A DNA stretch of 64,000 nucleotides, from the IMG/VR virus record IMGVR_UViG_3300029305_002795, positions 460 to 64,459 of that record. One strand, given 5' to 3'. The translations under genes and the position numbers were made by a program. This DNA comes from a virus (lineage: Duplodnaviria > Caudoviricetes). Every line of letters starts with the position of its first letter. The stretch's first letter is position 1. Under the pieces are notes generated by a model. That model was not told where the DNA came from. It ran no database searches and saw nothing but the letters and a program-made list of their open reading frames with translations. This document shows positions 29,899-40,278 of this stretch, piece after piece.

Positions 29899-30219
29899 AT
29901 GAGATTTGTAGATAAAGCACATTTAAACACTATGCAAGTATGTTACTTGTTAGGTATTACCCCTAAAACTTTGAACAGTTGGTACAAATACATTAACGAA
30001 ACACCAGCCGACCAAATTCCAAAGGATTGTCCAGGATTACCACCGTATAAACAGAAAAACAAACACACTCAAAAATTATGGTGGGGCAACGACCTGCACA
30101 AACTTTATGCCTTCCAAAAATGGGTTCCAAAAGGCAGAGGTGGCTTAATGGGTCATATTAATAGTAAAAATTGGAGTAAACAATATTTCAAAGACACTAA
30201 AGGTAAATATAAAAATTAA
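29899..30219 (+). CDS. HTH DNA-binding protein (MerR/Xis-like fold)
   Basis: LNTMQVCYLLGITPKTLNSWY; AAAGGAG RBS. Confidence 0.7.
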   Translation: MRFVDKAHLNTMQVCYLLGITPKTLNSWYKYINETPADQIPKDCPGLPPYKQKNKHTQKLWWGNDLHKLYAFQKWVPKGRGGLMGHINSKNWSKQYFKDTKGKYKN

Positions 30220-30220
30220 C

Positions 30221-30250
30221 TTTATAATTTTTTAGGTTTTAATATATGTT
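30221..30250 (+). promoter_or_regulatory. Phage-type promoter TTTATA-N18-TATGTT
   Basis: Repeated motif. Confidence 0.7.
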
Positions 30251-30272
30251 AAACAGAAGGGGGGTTAAACCA

Positions 30273-30710
30273 ATGGCAAGAAAAATATTAACCGAATTAA
30301 ACCAAACAGTTAATAACGAAGAGTCGACTAATTTTGACGAGTTACTAGAAAACTATCTTAATAAAAAACAAGAATTAGATGTTCTAGACAAACTTGTAAA
30401 AAAATTAAGCGACCAAGTTAAAGCAGAAATGCAAAAACAAAATTTAAAATCTACAGACAAAAATGGGTATAAAATCCATTGTATAAAAAGTCAACGTGTT
30501 ACTTGGAACGAGGACGCTTTATTAGAAAAAGTTAAATCGTTTAATAAACCGGAATTAATTTGTACCGTTGAAAAAGTGGATGTACCTAATTTAGAAATAG
30601 CTATTATTAACGAAGAAGTTGATATTAACGAAGTTAAAGAATGTCAAAAAATTACAGAAGTAGTTACTCTAAAAATGAACAAAATTAAAGAGGTAAAAAC
30701 AGATGAGTGA
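30273..30710 (+). CDS. Hypothetical coiled-coil protein (Gam/gp157-like size and context)
   Basis: ATG 30273 after AGGGGGG; SQRVTWNEDALL. Confidence 0.65.
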   Translation: MARKILTELNQTVNNEESTNFDELLENYLNKKQELDVLDKLVKKLSDQVKAEMQKQNLKSTDKNGYKIHCIKSQRVTWNEDALLEKVKSFNKPELICTVEKVDVPNLEIAIINEEVDINEVKECQKITEVVTLKMNKIKEVKTDE

Positions 30711-30933
30711 ATATGTACAACAAGCAAAAACAGTAAAAATTAGCGCTATGTCAAAAGCTACTGTTCAAATTAATGGTTCTTATTTTAGTTTTTCGTATAG
30801 CGAAGAACGTGAACTTCCAGAAGACCAAAGTCGAGTTAATTTAGAAAAAGAACGTGAGTATCTTTGGGAAGACTTAAATAGTGAAGTCGATAACCAAATT
30901 GAACAAACAATACAAGCGTTAAAAAAAGTTTAA
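30703..30933 (+). CDS. Hypothetical protein
   Basis: GAGGT RBS. Confidence 0.7.
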   Translation: MSEYVQQAKTVKISAMSKATVQINGSYFSFSYSEERELPEDQSRVNLEKEREYLWEDLNSEVDNQIEQTIQALKKV

Positions 30934-31048
30934 ACATTATGTAAACTCTCCATTTAATCGCACGGACACTTCCTCTAATCCATATAGCACTTATCCCACG
31001 TTCCGTGCGTTTTTATTAAGTTTAAATTACAATTTAAAGTCATACTAA

Positions 31049-31091
31049 CCCCTACTGACCTCCTGACTTTCTTGTCGTAGGGGATTTTTTT
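31049..31091 (+). terminator. Probable intrinsic terminator
   Basis: CCCCTAC...GTAGGGG followed by ATTTTTTT. Confidence 0.6.
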
Positions 31092-31114
31092 ATGTAAATT
31101 TTTGTAATTAGTAT

Positions 31115-31144
31115 TTTATAATTTTAGTATTTTTGTTATATGTT
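31115..31144 (+). promoter_or_regulatory. Phage-type promoter TTTATA-N18-TATGTT upstream of initiator leader
   Basis: Repeated motif. Confidence 0.7.
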
Positions 31145-31294
31145 AATTGTGGGACTAGGTAAGGAGTTGCAAACCTTATCGAAAGTCTGGAATCTTTTCC
31201 GTCCCGATTGTCCCACCTTATTAGACGGAATTGTACGAGGAAAAGCGTATAGTTTTGAGAAAACTATATAGCTCCTAAAAAGGAGGAAAAATTT

Positions 31295-32239
31295 ATGCAA
31301 CGAGATTTTAAAGGTGTATGGATACCAAAACACATTTGGCTACACCCTGAATTAAGTATGTTGGACAAAGTTTTATTAGTAGAAATCGACAGTTTAGACC
31401 AAACGGACAGGGGTTGTTACGCTAGTAATAAATATTTAGCAGAGTTTTGTGGTTGTAGCGAAAGTGCTATTAGTAAGTCTATTTCTAAATTAACCAAACT
31501 AAAACTTTTATATTGTCAAAATTTTGATGGACGACAAAGGGAATTAAAAAGTAACTTAAACAGGTTAGTAAATTCTAATATTGAGCCTAGTAAAATTTAC
31601 GAGGCAGGTCAGGAAAATTTACTACAAAGTAATATAAATAATAAAACAACTAATAAATTAGATAATATTATTAGTTCTAAAGAACTTTTAAATAATACTA
31701 ATAATATTAGTTTAGAAGAAAATATTCCAAAAGGTCAATTATTTAGTACAAATGGTAAACCTAAAAAACAAGGTGAAAATCAATATAATACTGTTATAGA
31801 AAAATTATCTAGTAATCCAAAAGTAAGAACTGCTTTACAAAAATATTTAGCTTTTAGACGTAAAAAAGGTCTAACAATAGAACAATGGGAAACTATCGTT
31901 ACTAGATTTAAAAACGATACTACTGCAAAATGTAAATCGGTTGATGAGGCAGTTGATGCAATCGAAAAATGTTTAATGGACGGTAATATGAAATTGTTTT
32001 ATAAGGAGTACAATAACAAAAATTACAGTCAATTACAAAAAGCAACACCAGTAAATGTAAATCCTTCACAAGATTTAGTGTCAATTATACAACCGTCGGA
32101 TTTCTTGTATCAACAATTTTATTTTGATTTACCAAGTCAACCAACTAAATTAGACCCTGATTATATGCCTAATCTTTACCTGTTTGCAGATGGTTCTGTT
32201 AAACCTGAGGAATTGGTAGACCCAAAATACAAAAATTAA
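31295..32239 (+). CDS. Replication initiator/replisome organiser (N-terminal winged HTH)
   Basis: RDFKGVWIPK.IWL, EIDSLD, GCYASNKYLAEF; Asn-rich linker; followed by dnaC and dnaB. Confidence 0.85.
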   Translation: MQRDFKGVWIPKHIWLHPELSMLDKVLLVEIDSLDQTDRGCYASNKYLAEFCGCSESAISKSISKLTKLKLLYCQNFDGRQRELKSNLNRLVNSNIEPSKIYEAGQENLLQSNINNKTTNKLDNIISSKELLNNTNNISLEENIPKGQLFSTNGKPKKQGENQYNTVIEKLSSNPKVRTALQKYLAFRRKKGLTIEQWETIVTRFKNDTTAKCKSVDEAVDAIEKCLMDGNMKLFYKEYNNKNYSQLQKATPVNVNPSQDLVSIIQPSDFLYQQFYFDLPSQPTKLDPDYMPNLYLFADGSVKPEELVDPKYKN

Positions 32240-32338
32240 GGTGCCCGGCGTTCGTTTTAAGGTGGGTGAAATGTTATTTTAATATAATTTATCGTTTTAA
32301 TAATTTCATCGACCTTAAAAGCGATTTTAAACGCTCGG

Positions 32339-32368
32339 TTTACAAATTTAATAAAAATAATATAGGTT
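32339..32368 (+). promoter_or_regulatory. Phage-type promoter TTTACA-N18-TAGGTT
   Basis: Repeated motif variant. Confidence 0.65.
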
Positions 32369-32388
32369 ATGTAGAAGAGGTAAGTAAA

Positions 32389-32685
32389 ATGGAAAAAGAA
32401 TTAACCTTACAACAAAAATGTATTTTAGACGTATTAAGAAAAGGGTACGAAAACAAAGTCAACGTTGAGTATATTAGTAAACTAACAGGAATTAGTAAAA
32501 GAGAGGTTACTTATACTTTAGCAGAGTTACGAGAATTCTACCCTGTTTGCAGTACAAAAACAGACGGTGGCGGTGTTTGGATTGCGGATTGCAATAAAGA
32601 CATTGTAAAATTTGTAAAAGAAATGGAAAAATTACGAAATCAACACCAACTAACAATTAACTATATGGAGGCGCACATTAAGTAA
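32389..32685 (+). CDS. Small winged-HTH protein
   Basis: GAGGT RBS before ATG 32389; ISKLTGISKREV...L. Confidence 0.65.
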   Translation: MEKELTLQQKCILDVLRKGYENKVNVEYISKLTGISKREVTYTLAELREFYPVCSTKTDGGGVWIADCNKDIVKFVKEMEKLRNQHQLTINYMEAHIK

Positions 32686-33387
32686 ATGGCAACTTTTGAT
32701 AAGAAAAATTGTGCTTGTAAAGACCTTTGTTTACAATATAGTACGGATAAATGTAATAGTCTTTGTGAGGGGTATTGGTACGGCAACTATATATTAAGTC
32801 AATCAAATTTACCTGTTAAGTACCAGCAATACAAGGAATTACAAATTCCTGTTGATGACCCTGTTTCTTATAAGTTGCTAAAAGCCTTACAAGACGATAT
32901 TTATAGATTTGTTTACGAGGGCAGAAATTTATACATTTACAGTAATAACAACGGTAACGGAAAAACAACTTGGGCTACAAATTTAATGCACCAGTATTTT
33001 CACGAGGTTAAAGACTGGTGTGGTAGAACAATTAGAGGGGTATTTGTTTCTGTACCGATTTTTCTAATACAATTAAAAAATAGTATTAGTGTTCCAGACC
33101 CAAAGTTTGAACAGTTTAAGGAATCCTTAAGAATAGCGGATTTGGTTATTTGGGACGATATTGCACAAAGTAAACTATCAAATTATGAAATAGGGGTTTT
33201 ATACGCTTATATACAGGAAAGACTGTTAAGTGGCAAAAGTAATATTTATACAGGTACAACCACTAACAACACAATGGAATATAATTTAGGAACAGAATTG
33301 TATGGAAGGGTTAAAACTAACCTTTCCACAGTAGTTTTAAAGGCGGAGGCTTATAAAGTTAATGGTTTCTTTACAAATTCTCAATAA
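32686..33387 (+). CDS. dnaC: DnaC/IstB-like helicase loader ATPase
   Basis: Cys-rich N-terminus; NGNGKTT Walker A; LVIWDDI Walker B. Confidence 0.85.
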   Translation: MATFDKKNCACKDLCLQYSTDKCNSLCEGYWYGNYILSQSNLPVKYQQYKELQIPVDDPVSYKLLKALQDDIYRFVYEGRNLYIYSNNNGNGKTTWATNLMHQYFHEVKDWCGRTIRGVFVSVPIFLIQLKNSISVPDPKFEQFKESLRIADLVIWDDIAQSKLSNYEIGVLYAYIQERLLSGKSNIYTGTTTNNTMEYNLGTELYGRVKTNLSTVVLKAEAYKVNGFFTNSQ

Positions 33388-34654
33388 AATTTTAAATACA
33401 CAAAATGCGTCAATTTTGGATAGGTACGCTTTAACGGTTGAGTATTTTCCAGGGTACGAACAAGAATATAATTTTATACAGAGTCATTTAGACACTTATA
33501 AAAAAGTTCCGGATAAATCTACATTTTTAGATAAATTTCCAGAGTTTGAACTTTTTGATGTTCACGAGGGTGATGAGTATTTAGTAAACACCATCCGTGA
33601 AGAAAACTTGTATTACAAGAGTGTGGACGTTGTTAATACCGTAGCCGAAAAGTTAAAAACTAATGCAGATGACGCAGTTAGTTACCTATTAACACAGGTT
33701 GACACCTTAAAACCGTCACAAGTAATTACAGGGGTTAATATTATCGGGAACGCTAGGGAACGTTATGAAGCCTACAAAAGTAAACAAAATGTAGAAACCC
33801 CTGCCTATATTTCGACAGGTTTTGAAGAACTTGATAATTTACTCGGTGGTTGGGCTAAAGGGGAAGAGTTTGTTGTATTTTTTGCAAGAACTGGTCAAGG
33901 GAAATCCTGGATGTTGGCGAAAACAACGACCGAAGCTTTTTTGAATAATTATCGAGTTGGTTATATAAGTCCCGAAATGAGTGCAACTAAAATTGGTTAT
34001 CGTGTGGATACGATTATAAAAAACTTTTCAAATAAAGCCTTGGTAAGGGGTAAAGAGGTTGATGGGTATGAAGATTATATTAATATGTTAAGCGAGATGA
34101 ACAATCAATTTTTAGTAGCAACCCCAAAAGACTTTCAAAAAAGTATTACCGTTAGCAAGTTACGTTCTTTTTGTATAAATAACCAATTAGACATTTTAGC
34201 GATTGACGGTATTAGTTATTTAAGGGACGAAAGAAAACAACGTGGGGATAACAAAACCACAATGTTGACTAATATTAGTGAAGACCTTATGGCATTAAGT
34301 TGTGAACTACAAATTCCAATTTTAACCGTTGTACAATCAAACCGTGAAGGGGTAAGGGTTAATGGAGAAGCTGGTGTTCCGGAACTCGAAAATATTAGGG
34401 ACTCGGATGGTATCGCATTTAACGCCACAAAAGTAATTTCTATTAAACAGGCGGACGGTTTGTTGCAAATGGCAATTAAAAAACACAGGGACGGTGAAAT
34501 GGGTGGTGAATTAACATATACTTGGAATATTGATACTGGTGAATTCAAATTTACGCAAAATCCGTCAAATACCCCTAGTTACACCGCTCCACAAACGACC
34601 ACACCAACAAACTATATGAAACGACCAACAAAGACCAAAACAGATGTATTTTAG
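33362..34654 (+). CDS. dnaB: Replicative helicase, DnaB family
   Basis: ARTGQGKS, SPEM, AIDGISY, VQSNRE, DSDGI...AT.VI, KHRDGE. Confidence 0.93.
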   Translation: MVSLQILNKILNTQNASILDRYALTVEYFPGYEQEYNFIQSHLDTYKKVPDKSTFLDKFPEFELFDVHEGDEYLVNTIREENLYYKSVDVVNTVAEKLKTNADDAVSYLLTQVDTLKPSQVITGVNIIGNARERYEAYKSKQNVETPAYISTGFEELDNLLGGWAKGEEFVVFFARTGQGKSWMLAKTTTEAFLNNYRVGYISPEMSATKIGYRVDTIIKNFSNKALVRGKEVDGYEDYINMLSEMNNQFLVATPKDFQKSITVSKLRSFCINNQLDILAIDGISYLRDERKQRGDNKTTMLTNISEDLMALSCELQIPILTVVQSNREGVRVNGEAGVPELENIRDSDGIAFNATKVISIKQADGLLQMAIKKHRDGEMGGELTYTWNIDTGEFKFTQNPSNTPSYTAPQTTTPTNYMKRPTKTKTDVF

Positions 34655-34666
34655 AGGTGAGAAAAC

Positions 34667-35653
34667 GTGTTAAAAGTAGGTAATGCGTTAATAACTGTTC
34701 CAATAATTAATATTTTGCAAATATTGAAACAAGAGTTAAATTTGCGAGGTATTAATTTGCTTCACAAAATGGTTCCTGGACCTTCTAATATACAGGTTAC
34801 TTGTCCAGTTCATAACGGTGGACAAGAACGTAAACCAAGTTGCGGGATAAACACTGCAAGAAAACAAGGTGTAGAGTTTGGAACGGTACATTGTTTCACT
34901 TGTGGTTATAGGGCAAGTTTTCCGGAATTTGTAAGTGCTTGTTTTGGTAAACAGGATAACGGCGAATACGGCAAACATTGGCTTGTTAAAAAGTTTATTA
35001 GTTTAACAATTGAGGAACGACCAGACCTAGAGTTAAACCTAACTCGCAAACAGGTACAACGACCACAAATTGAGTATGTTAGTGAGGAAATTTTAGATAG
35101 TTACCGATACACCCATCCGTATTTATACCAAAGGGGTATGACCGACGAAATAATAGAACGTTACGATTTAGGATACGACCCTAATTTTAAATTACCTAAT
35201 ACAAACAACACTATTGAAACAGTTACTTTTCCAGTACGTGATATTAATGGGAATACTTTATTTGTAGCTAGGCGGGCAATTTACCAAAAATTATTCTATT
35301 ACCCTGAAGAAGTTGATAAGCCAATTTACGGTCTTTACGAATTAGACAAAACGGCTAAGGAAATAATAGTTTGTGAATCAATGTTTAACGCTTTAACTTG
35401 TCAAGTGTACGGCAGGCATGCGGTTGCATTACTTGGTTTAGGTACAGAATCACAATACCGACAGTTGGCTCAGTTACCTTGCAGAAAAATAATTATAGGG
35501 TTAGACCCTGACAAGGCAGGTAACAGGGCGGGACAAAAACTCAAACAAAAATTACAACGTAAAAAATTAGTATCATTTTTAGAAATACCGGAAGGAAAAG
35601 ATATTAACGACCTTACACGAGAAGAATTTAATAATCTAGTTGAATATTTTTAA
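34667..35653 (+). CDS. dnaG: DNA primase (CHC2 zinc finger plus TOPRIM)
   Basis: CPVH...HCFTCG; VCESMFNAL; LDPDKAG; KDIND. Confidence 0.92.
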   Translation: MLKVGNALITVPIINILQILKQELNLRGINLLHKMVPGPSNIQVTCPVHNGGQERKPSCGINTARKQGVEFGTVHCFTCGYRASFPEFVSACFGKQDNGEYGKHWLVKKFISLTIEERPDLELNLTRKQVQRPQIEYVSEEILDSYRYTHPYLYQRGMTDEIIERYDLGYDPNFKLPNTNNTIETVTFPVRDINGNTLFVARRAIYQKLFYYPEEVDKPIYGLYELDKTAKEIIVCESMFNALTCQVYGRHAVALLGLGTESQYRQLAQLPCRKIIIGLDPDKAGNRAGQKLKQKLQRKKLVSFLEIPEGKDINDLTREEFNNLVEYF

Positions 35654-35672
35654 ATATTTTTTATATTTTAAC

Positions 35673-35701
35673 TTGTAAAAAATATTTGGTTGTTCTATAA
35701 T
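35673..35701 (+). promoter_or_regulatory. Host sigma70-type promoter TTGTAA-N17-TATAAT
   Basis: Near-consensus hexamers with 17-nt spacer. Confidence 0.75.
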
Positions 35702-35785
35702 TAACTTAACAACAAGAACGGAACAAGTATAAACAAAGGACAAAAAGGGTAAACAGATAATATTAAAAGAAAAGGAGCGATTATT

Positions 35786-36496
35786 ATGACAATGGTAAAA
35801 ATTTACCGCAATTTAACTACAAAAGAGGTAGGTATTTTTAAAACAACTGAGGTTGATAAAACGGATGGCAGAATACACTATCTTTTAGAGGTAAAAGACG
35901 AACAGGGAACACCAATGGAAAAAAGAGTTTTAAACACTACTTTTAGAAGATGGTGGAAATTGGTTGAAGAGGTTGATTCAAAAGACTTACAAAAAACTTT
36001 AAATAAAATTTACTCGCCGGACGAGGAAGTTGAGGAAGAACCAACTATTGAAGACCTTAAAGAGTTAAATGATTCAGGTGTGGAACTTACAGAAGAGGAA
36101 TTAAAAATGTTTAAGGAACAATCTAAAGAAGTAGCTAAAACAGTTGTTAAGGAAAAGAAACCAGTTACTAAGAAAAAGGAAAGCACTGGGGTTGTAGAAT
36201 ACTTTGAAAAACGTGTACAAGAAATGGATGGTACAATTACAGAGTATAGCGAGCCAATGAAAAGGGTAGTTAAAGATAAAAACGGCAAAACTGTTATATT
36301 CTATATGGTACGTCCTAACAACGCTATAAAAATTTATATGAAAGACCAAATTGACGAAGTTGCTACAGACGGTGTTTTAGCTGTAGAACAACAAACATAT
36401 CCAAAACAGTTTCCATTCCGTTTAGAAATTAAGGAGCTAACCGAACAAAACAAAACAATATTGGAACACATATTAGAATTATTTGTATCGTTATAG
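35786..36496 (+). CDS. Hypothetical protein; C-terminal domain paralogous to 63417-63953
   Basis: AAAAGGAG RBS; NN...IDE...TYPKQ.P.R motif. Confidence 0.8.
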   Translation: MTMVKIYRNLTTKEVGIFKTTEVDKTDGRIHYLLEVKDEQGTPMEKRVLNTTFRRWWKLVEEVDSKDLQKTLNKIYSPDEEVEEEPTIEDLKELNDSGVELTEEELKMFKEQSKEVAKTVVKEKKPVTKKKESTGVVEYFEKRVQEMDGTITEYSEPMKRVVKDKNGKTVIFYMVRPNNAIKIYMKDQIDEVATDGVLAVEQQTYPKQFPFRLEIKELTEQNKTILEHILELFVSL

Positions 36497-36517
36497 TAGA
36501 ACCCTTCCCGAGTTCTA

Positions 36518-36548
36518 AGAACCAGTTTCGACCGCTGGTTCTTTTTTT
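36518..36548 (+). terminator. Intrinsic terminator
   Basis: GAACCAG-loop-CTGGTTC followed by T7. Confidence 0.8.
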
Positions 36549-36650
36549 ATGTAAATTAATATGTTGGGGGGTATTGTTTTATTTTTGTTTTTGTAGTTTA
36601 ATATTATAGTAAAATAACAAACTACAAAAAACACCAAGAGGAGTCAAAAG

Positions 36651-37238
36651 ATGGAAACGACAACAAGGATTATGAACAGTTACAGAGTTAGCAGTACAAA
36701 AAATTTAAGTTTAGAGCAATTAAGTTCTAAATATCGACAAACAAAAGACGATACATTAATCGCAGAAGCTTTTACAAGAATAAAAAATTTAATTTTTTTA
36801 ATAAAGAAAAGGGAATACCCACACATTGAAATTTGCGATATAATTAGCTTCGCTTTAGAAAAATTAGAAATGTGTTTATTAACTTACGTTCCAGGAAGTA
36901 GTAATAAATTTATTACATATTTTGGAAGGGTTTTTAAAAACAGGTTGAGACAAGAAACTCAACAACTAAACTATCAAAAAAGATGTGTTATTTTCAATAG
37001 TTATAGTTTAAATGGGTTAATGAGTGAAGGTTTTGACGTTGTTAATAATAAGGAAATAAATTGCAATATTATTGTACTTCCTAAAAATTTAACCGATAAA
37101 GAACGTCAGTATTGTTGTTTATTAGCAGCAGATTATGGCACTAATAAAGAAATAGCGGAATATATGAACGTTAGTACAATGACATTGTGTAATTTAAGAA
37201 AAAGTTTAAAAGTAAAATTAAAACCACTTTATAAATAA
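36651..37238 (+). CDS. Sigma-70-like factor (region 2 and region 4 HTH)
   Basis: DIISFALEKL..CL..Y...NKFITYF.RVFKNRL; LTDKERQ...TNKEIAEYMNVS..T. Confidence 0.75.
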   Translation: METTTRIMNSYRVSSTKNLSLEQLSSKYRQTKDDTLIAEAFTRIKNLIFLIKKREYPHIEICDIISFALEKLEMCLLTYVPGSSNKFITYFGRVFKNRLRQETQQLNYQKRCVIFNSYSLNGLMSEGFDVVNNKEINCNIIVLPKNLTDKERQYCCLLAADYGTNKEIAEYMNVSTMTLCNLRKSLKVKLKPLYK

Positions 37239-37257
37239 TCGGAAAATAATATATGTT
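37228..37257 (+). promoter_or_regulatory. Phage-type promoter TTTATA-N18-TATGTT for ssb-polA-dpdA-MTase
   Basis: Repeated motif. Confidence 0.7.
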
Positions 37258-37305
37258 AATTGTACAGGGTACAAAGTATAACAGACAAAAAAGGAGAAAT
37301 TACAA

Positions 37306-37989
37306 ATGGCACGATTTCAGGCTAAAGATGTAGAAAACTACAAAACCAGTAACGGAGGGTCATTTTTTAGTTTAGCAAATGACAAAGATTATGCCCGAGT
37401 TAGATTAATGTACAACGACATGAACGACGTAGAGTTATTTTCAGTTCACGAAGTGGAAGTGAACGGTCAAACTTACTGGGTAAACTGTTTACGTGAATAC
37501 GACCAACCAGTTGACGACTGCCCATTATGTAAAGCCGGCAACAGATTACAAGTTAAAATGTGGGTTCCATTATATTTAGTAGATACAGATGAAGTTAAAA
37601 TTTGGGAACGTGGTAGAACATTTATTTCTAAATTAGAAAGTGCGAATAGACGTTTTAACCCACTTGTTTCTAACATTTTTGAAATTGAAAGAAACGGTAA
37701 AAAAGGCGACCAAAACACAACTTACGAGTTAATTCAAACTCAACACGACGACGTTTCATTACAAGAGTTGCCGGAACCACCACAAATTGAAGGAACTATT
37801 GTAAAAACTTTATCTTTTGAAGAATTACAAGATTTCGTACAAACTGGTAAACTTGCAGGTGCGACTTCTGCAACTCGCAACCCAGCAACCGACAGACGAC
37901 CAACTTCAAATAATGAAGCTCCTGTTACTAGACGTACAACATCTAGAACAAGAGGTACAAGTGAACAACCTAAAACAGACTTATTTTAA
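37306..37989 (+). CDS. ssb: Single-stranded DNA-binding protein (gp32-like, Zn-binding)
   Basis: FFSLAND, VNC...CPLC, KIWERG, RNGKKGD..TTY; flexible tail ending KTDLF. Confidence 0.8.
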   Translation: MARFQAKDVENYKTSNGGSFFSLANDKDYARVRLMYNDMNDVELFSVHEVEVNGQTYWVNCLREYDQPVDDCPLCKAGNRLQVKMWVPLYLVDTDEVKIWERGRTFISKLESANRRFNPLVSNIFEIERNGKKGDQNTTYELIQTQHDDVSLQELPEPPQIEGTIVKTLSFEELQDFVQTGKLAGATSATRNPATDRRPTSNNEAPVTRRTTSRTRGTSEQPKTDLF

Positions 37990-38001
37990 TGAGGTGTAAA
38001 G

Positions 38002-40278
38002 GTGGCATTATTTGATTTAGGTTCTCGTGGTAACAAAAGTAACGACACTAAATTAGCTAAAAAAATAAAGTCTCATACTACAATCCCTGGAGCCGTTCGT
38101 ATTACGGGCGGTTCCTCTTTATTAGAAATGGTCAAGACAAGTGTAGCGTTAGCGCAAAAACATTTAGCTCAATATGCCGATAGTTACGAAGTTATTAGAG
38201 ACGAGGAAGGTTTAAAAGATTATATCGACTGTATTTTAGAAAATAACATATATTCGATAGACACGGAAACAACAAGTTTAGACCCTATTACAACCACAAT
38301 TGCAGGGTTTAGTATGTACACTCCAGGTAGAAAAGCGGTGTATGTACCTTTAAATCACGTTAGTTATATAACAAACGTAAAAAGTAAAGACCAAGTGGAA
38401 ATGAATATCGCTACGGAACAGTTAAACCGTATTAAAGACGTTCCGGCTGTACTTTTTAATGCTAAATTTGACTATCGTGTGATTAAACACACTTTAGGGG
38501 TTAAATTAAACGTTTATTATGACGGTTATTTAGCCGGAAAGTTACTAAACGAGAACGAATTGGACGGCGGTTTAAAAGCGTTACATGCGAAGTATTGTTT
38601 AGACGGTAAACAGGACGCTTTATCGTTCAGTGATTTGTTTAAAGGTATTCCGTTTACACACGTCCCAGTTAGTACAGGATATTTATATGCTGCAAGGGAC
38701 GCAGAAATTACTTGGGAACTTTATGAATTCCAAAAACAATATTTAGACTTAAATGCGGAACGTGAAGACTTACGTCGTGTAGCGGAAGTATTTTGGAATA
38801 TTGAAATGCCTATTGTTCCTATTGTTGCGCAAACAGAGGATAACGGTGTTAAGTTAGACGTAGGGTATTGCGAAGAACTTTCCGAAAAATACCACAAACT
38901 ATTAGACGAAAAATTAGAACGTTTTTATAAAATTTGTGAAATGTATAAAAACGAAATTGACAGTTATAGAATTAGAACTAAAGACAACAAGTTAAGCGAC
39001 CCTATAAACATTGGTAGCCCGACGCAAGTGGCAATTTTGTTATACGACATTATTGGACTTGAAAACAAGGATAAAAGAAAAGCTAGGGGTACAGGCGAAG
39101 AAATTTTATCCGAGTTAAAACACGAAGTTTGCGAGGCTATTTTAGATTATAGGGGGGTTAATAAACTATTAACCACTTATATAGACAAAATGCCTGGAGT
39201 AATTAATAGCAAAACAGGTAAGGTTCATTGCAGTTTTAACCAGTACGGCGCAGTAACAGGACGTTTTTCAAGTTCCGACCCTAATATGCAGAACATACCT
39301 TCTCACAATAACGACATTAGAAAAATGTTTTTAGCCGATGAGGGTTATTATATGTTAGGTTGTGACTATTCTGCGCAAGAACCACGTTTAACAAGTCATA
39401 TGTGCCAAGACGCTAAAATGATTCAAGCGTATAAAGACGGTAAGGATTTATATTGCGAAATTGCGTCTATTGCTTTTGGTGTACCTTATGACGAGTGTAA
39501 AGAGTTCCGACCGGACGGCACTAAAAACCCTAAAGGTAAGGAACGACGTAACCAAGCAAAAGCTATTGTATTAGGTGTTTGTTACGGAAAACAAGTACCT
39601 TCTATTGCACAAGACTTAGGTGTACCAGTTAAAACAGCCCAAGAAATTTACGATAAGGTAATGACAGAATTTCCTGGATTGTTTACCTTTATGATGGACA
39701 GTCAAAATATGGCTCGTGAAGTTGGTTATGTTACTACAAACTGGGGCAGAAAAAGACGTTTGCCGGATATGCAAATACCACAATATGAATTTACGGTGGA
39801 TAGTAGTAAGAGTGTTAATTTCGACCCATTATTTGACGACGAAACAAGCGAAGTTGAATTAACAGAGGAAGAAATTATACAGTACACTAACCAGTTGAAT
39901 TCTTGTCGTGGCTGGAAACAAAAAAATGCTTTAATCGAAAGTATGAAACAAGAGGGCATCAAGGTTAAAGAAAACACCATGAAAATTTTAGAGGCGGAAA
40001 GACAATGTGTAAACGCTAGAATTCAAGGTAGTGCTTCCGATTTAACCAAAAAGGCTATATATTTATTAGGTACTAACGAAGAACTTAATGAATTAGGTTT
40101 TCAACTTTTACTATATGTACACGATGAAATTATTGGACAATGTCCTATGGAAAATGTTGTACGAGTTAAAGAGTTAGTAGAAAAATGTATGGTTGACGCT
40201 GGTAGTGATTTAAGTGTACCGTTGGTATGCGATACGGAAATAAGCAAAGGGTGGTATCATGAGCCAATCGAAGTTTAA
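38002..40278 (+). CDS. polA: DNA polymerase family A (3'-5' exonuclease plus polymerase)
   Basis: DTETTSLD, FNAKFD, YAARDA; TGRFSSSDPNMQNIP; DYSAQEPR; R..AKAIVLG..YG; YVHDE. Confidence 0.97.
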   Translation: MALFDLGSRGNKSNDTKLAKKIKSHTTIPGAVRITGGSSLLEMVKTSVALAQKHLAQYADSYEVIRDEEGLKDYIDCILENNIYSIDTETTSLDPITTTIAGFSMYTPGRKAVYVPLNHVSYITNVKSKDQVEMNIATEQLNRIKDVPAVLFNAKFDYRVIKHTLGVKLNVYYDGYLAGKLLNENELDGGLKALHAKYCLDGKQDALSFSDLFKGIPFTHVPVSTGYLYAARDAEITWELYEFQKQYLDLNAEREDLRRVAEVFWNIEMPIVPIVAQTEDNGVKLDVGYCEELSEKYHKLLDEKLERFYKICEMYKNEIDSYRIRTKDNKLSDPINIGSPTQVAILLYDIIGLENKDKRKARGTGEEILSELKHEVCEAILDYRGVNKLLTTYIDKMPGVINSKTGKVHCSFNQYGAVTGRFSSSDPNMQNIPSHNNDIRKMFLADEGYYMLGCDYSAQEPRLTSHMCQDAKMIQAYKDGKDLYCEIASIAFGVPYDECKEFRPDGTKNPKGKERRNQAKAIVLGVCYGKQVPSIAQDLGVPVKTAQEIYDKVMTEFPGLFTFMMDSQNMAREVGYVTTNWGRKRRLPDMQIPQYEFTVDSSKSVNFDPLFDDETSEVELTEEEIIQYTNQLNSCRGWKQKNALIESMKQEGIKVKENTMKILEAERQCVNARIQGSASDLTKKAIYLLGTNEELNELGFQLLLYVHDEIIGQCPMENVVRVKELVEKCMVDAGSDLSVPLVCDTEISKGWYHEPIEV

